Assembly: GCA_951406725.2 (NCBI GenBank) | Contig: OX597821.1 | Span: 56,792,001 to 56,856,000, forward strand | Direction: 5' to 3' | DNA: 64,000 nt | Source of the DNA: Octopus vulgaris | Lineage: Eukaryota | Part shown: one piece after another, positions 62,181 through 64,000 of the stretch | How the letters are laid out: each line of letters begins with the position of its first letter | How positions within the stretch are numbered: the stretch's first letter is position 1 | Translations under genes and position numbers: made by a program | Notes under the pieces: model-generated | Database searches by the model: none | The model's input: only the letters and a program-made list of their open reading frames with translations | Told to the model about the DNA's origin: nothing

Positions 62181-62382
62181 CTGTGAGAAAGCAAGTAACT
62201 AATTTCAGTTATTCCGTTGAAGGGGCAATTATATTTGTGTATATGTGCGTGTGTTGTGTGCGTACGTGTATGTGCATGTGTGTATGTGTGCGTACTTGTG
62301 TGTGCGTGTGTGTATGTACGTTCATGTATGTTAATATTCCTTTTTATGTATTATAAATTCTATTTTATTCTACCCGAAAAAT
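62181..62382 (-). repeat. Inverted copy of 58975-59180
   Basis: ctgtgagaaagcaagtaactaatttcagttattccg...aaattctattttattc. Confidence 0.85.
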
Positions 62383-64000
62383 TTAAATGCAATGTTGATT
62401 ACCAACTTAGAGCAAAGGAGAGAATGGGGTGTGTGCGAACGCGTGAATGTATATATTATTTGCTTTTAATTTTCATAATTTTCAGCTGATTTCACAAACA
62501 TAATTATTGTTTTAAGCAAATAATTATTTTGTATTGCTCTCCATTGCACTTTGTATGTAATAAAACACAACGTAAAATACATTTGATTCAATTGTATCGC
62601 GGGTGCACCTGAAACCGCACACACTTTTTACAATATTATAAACGTCATCCAGTGAATCTTCAAACGATTAACATATGATTATCGTACTAAAATATACTTT
62701 AATTCATAAAACGGATTGTGTGTGGAAAAATTTGTATATAGAATGTAATTTGATGTTACTGGGTGTGGAAATCGAAACCACATCCTCCCGAACTTTTCTG
62801 TATATTAGAGTTATGTTGCCGGAATTACACAGATTCTCAGTGATTTTCCAGCCTCTTTGTTTGGAGAATTAATCATTATCCATTTTCTGCACATAAATTT
62901 TATAAATATCGCTCATAAATTACACCCAGAAGTAAATAGTAAACGACATTGACACCCGAAATCATTTCTACAGGGTCGATTCTTGATAGAAATTGAAAGC
63001 AGCATGCAGGCCTTTAAAGTACAAGACAATATGTATTATTTCCATTCTACCTAAAGCAGTTGCATGTGAGATACTAAATGCATTGACCACGTATTGTGGT
63101 ACAATGGTAGTGTCTAAAGAAGAAATGGCAACACTCATACGACCTGGTAGCATGCTACAGTTCTCACTATGGCATTCTATATATATTTTTTCAACAAAAC
63201 AATATGAAAAAGCTTCTATTAAGTCACTATTTGGTATACCTAATTGCACTCTACTTTTAAAAAGAAAGAGATTATTTGAAATAACCTGAATGAAAACAAA
63301 AATAGCCATAGTTATATTACTAACATCGCCAATAACCTTGTAACACTCGAAGAAAGAATAAACCATAGTTATAATGGTAACAAGGCCAAAAACGAGCAAC
63401 ACTCAAAGAAAGAATAAACCACTTAAGACTGCGCAAACCTGCCTTACACAGTCTTAAACCTGCCACATATTGAGGCAAACTAACCTCGTTACATAACATT
63501 AGGTGTGGTATTACATTACTTTCAGGATCCGGTGCCGTCTAAGTGCTTACACGGTTAATTATTTTCGAGGGAGGAATAAACTTTTGTCATTCTCCATTTC
63601 TTGTGGACATGCGAGGCAAAACTGCAGACTAATGGTAATCCGAGTTTATTATACACATCCGATTCCAAATTAAGCTATTACTCTTCACTTACATCCCATA
63701 ATAAGGAATTTCCTGTTGCAGACAATAATCTGCGGAGAAAATAATCTAACCTGATCTCATCGGCGAGCGTAAGATATCTTCTGTAGACAAACAATAAAAA
63801 TTTTATTCATTGACGCTCGAATAAAAATTCATTATTTAAATAAGTCCAATTACATTTCTCATTCTTGATATAACTGATATAAATTTACGCAAGTCGATTG
63901 TAGAAACCGAACCGATGGAAAGCATTCTCATCGGAATGAGGATATGATCCAGTTTCAGTTCCCAGTTGAAGTCATTCATATTATTTATACCATCGCTGAA

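Noticed and set aside
62968-63402. 144-aa minus-strand ORF and overlapping 98-aa plus-strand ORF
   Set aside because: No recognisable domain; the plus frame only faintly recalls a LINE RT YRPISLL segment

Overview
Eukaryotic, AT-rich, microsatellite-dense DNA made almost entirely of transposable-element copies and fragments. I found no host protein-coding exon that I can support. The SINE families and the (TA)n/(TAA)n load look like a coleoid cephalopod (Octopus-type) genome; this is pattern recall, not a database result. Main contents: (i) a head-to-tail tandem of a ~1.8 kb ORF1-only, poly(A)-tailed retroelement whose gag-knuckle protein is homologous to the ORF1 of an L1/Tx1 LINE at ~31.4-35.1 kb; (ii) a Penelope-like RT + GIY-YIG element with a minimal hammerhead motif; (iii) a decayed R2-like RLE retrotransposon outside rDNA whose 3' region carries ordered blocks antisense to the 28S rRNA sequence just downstream of the canonical R2 site; (iv) R4/Dong-like fragments in (TAA)n tracts; (v) many Tc1/mariner remnants and MITEs, including a long-spacer DD81E (Sailor-like) transposase; (vi) a short non-coding TA-inserted family with long inverted arms and a hammerhead-like fold; (vii) tRNA-derived SINEs and several foldback hairpins. 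Boundaries of decayed elements are approximate.
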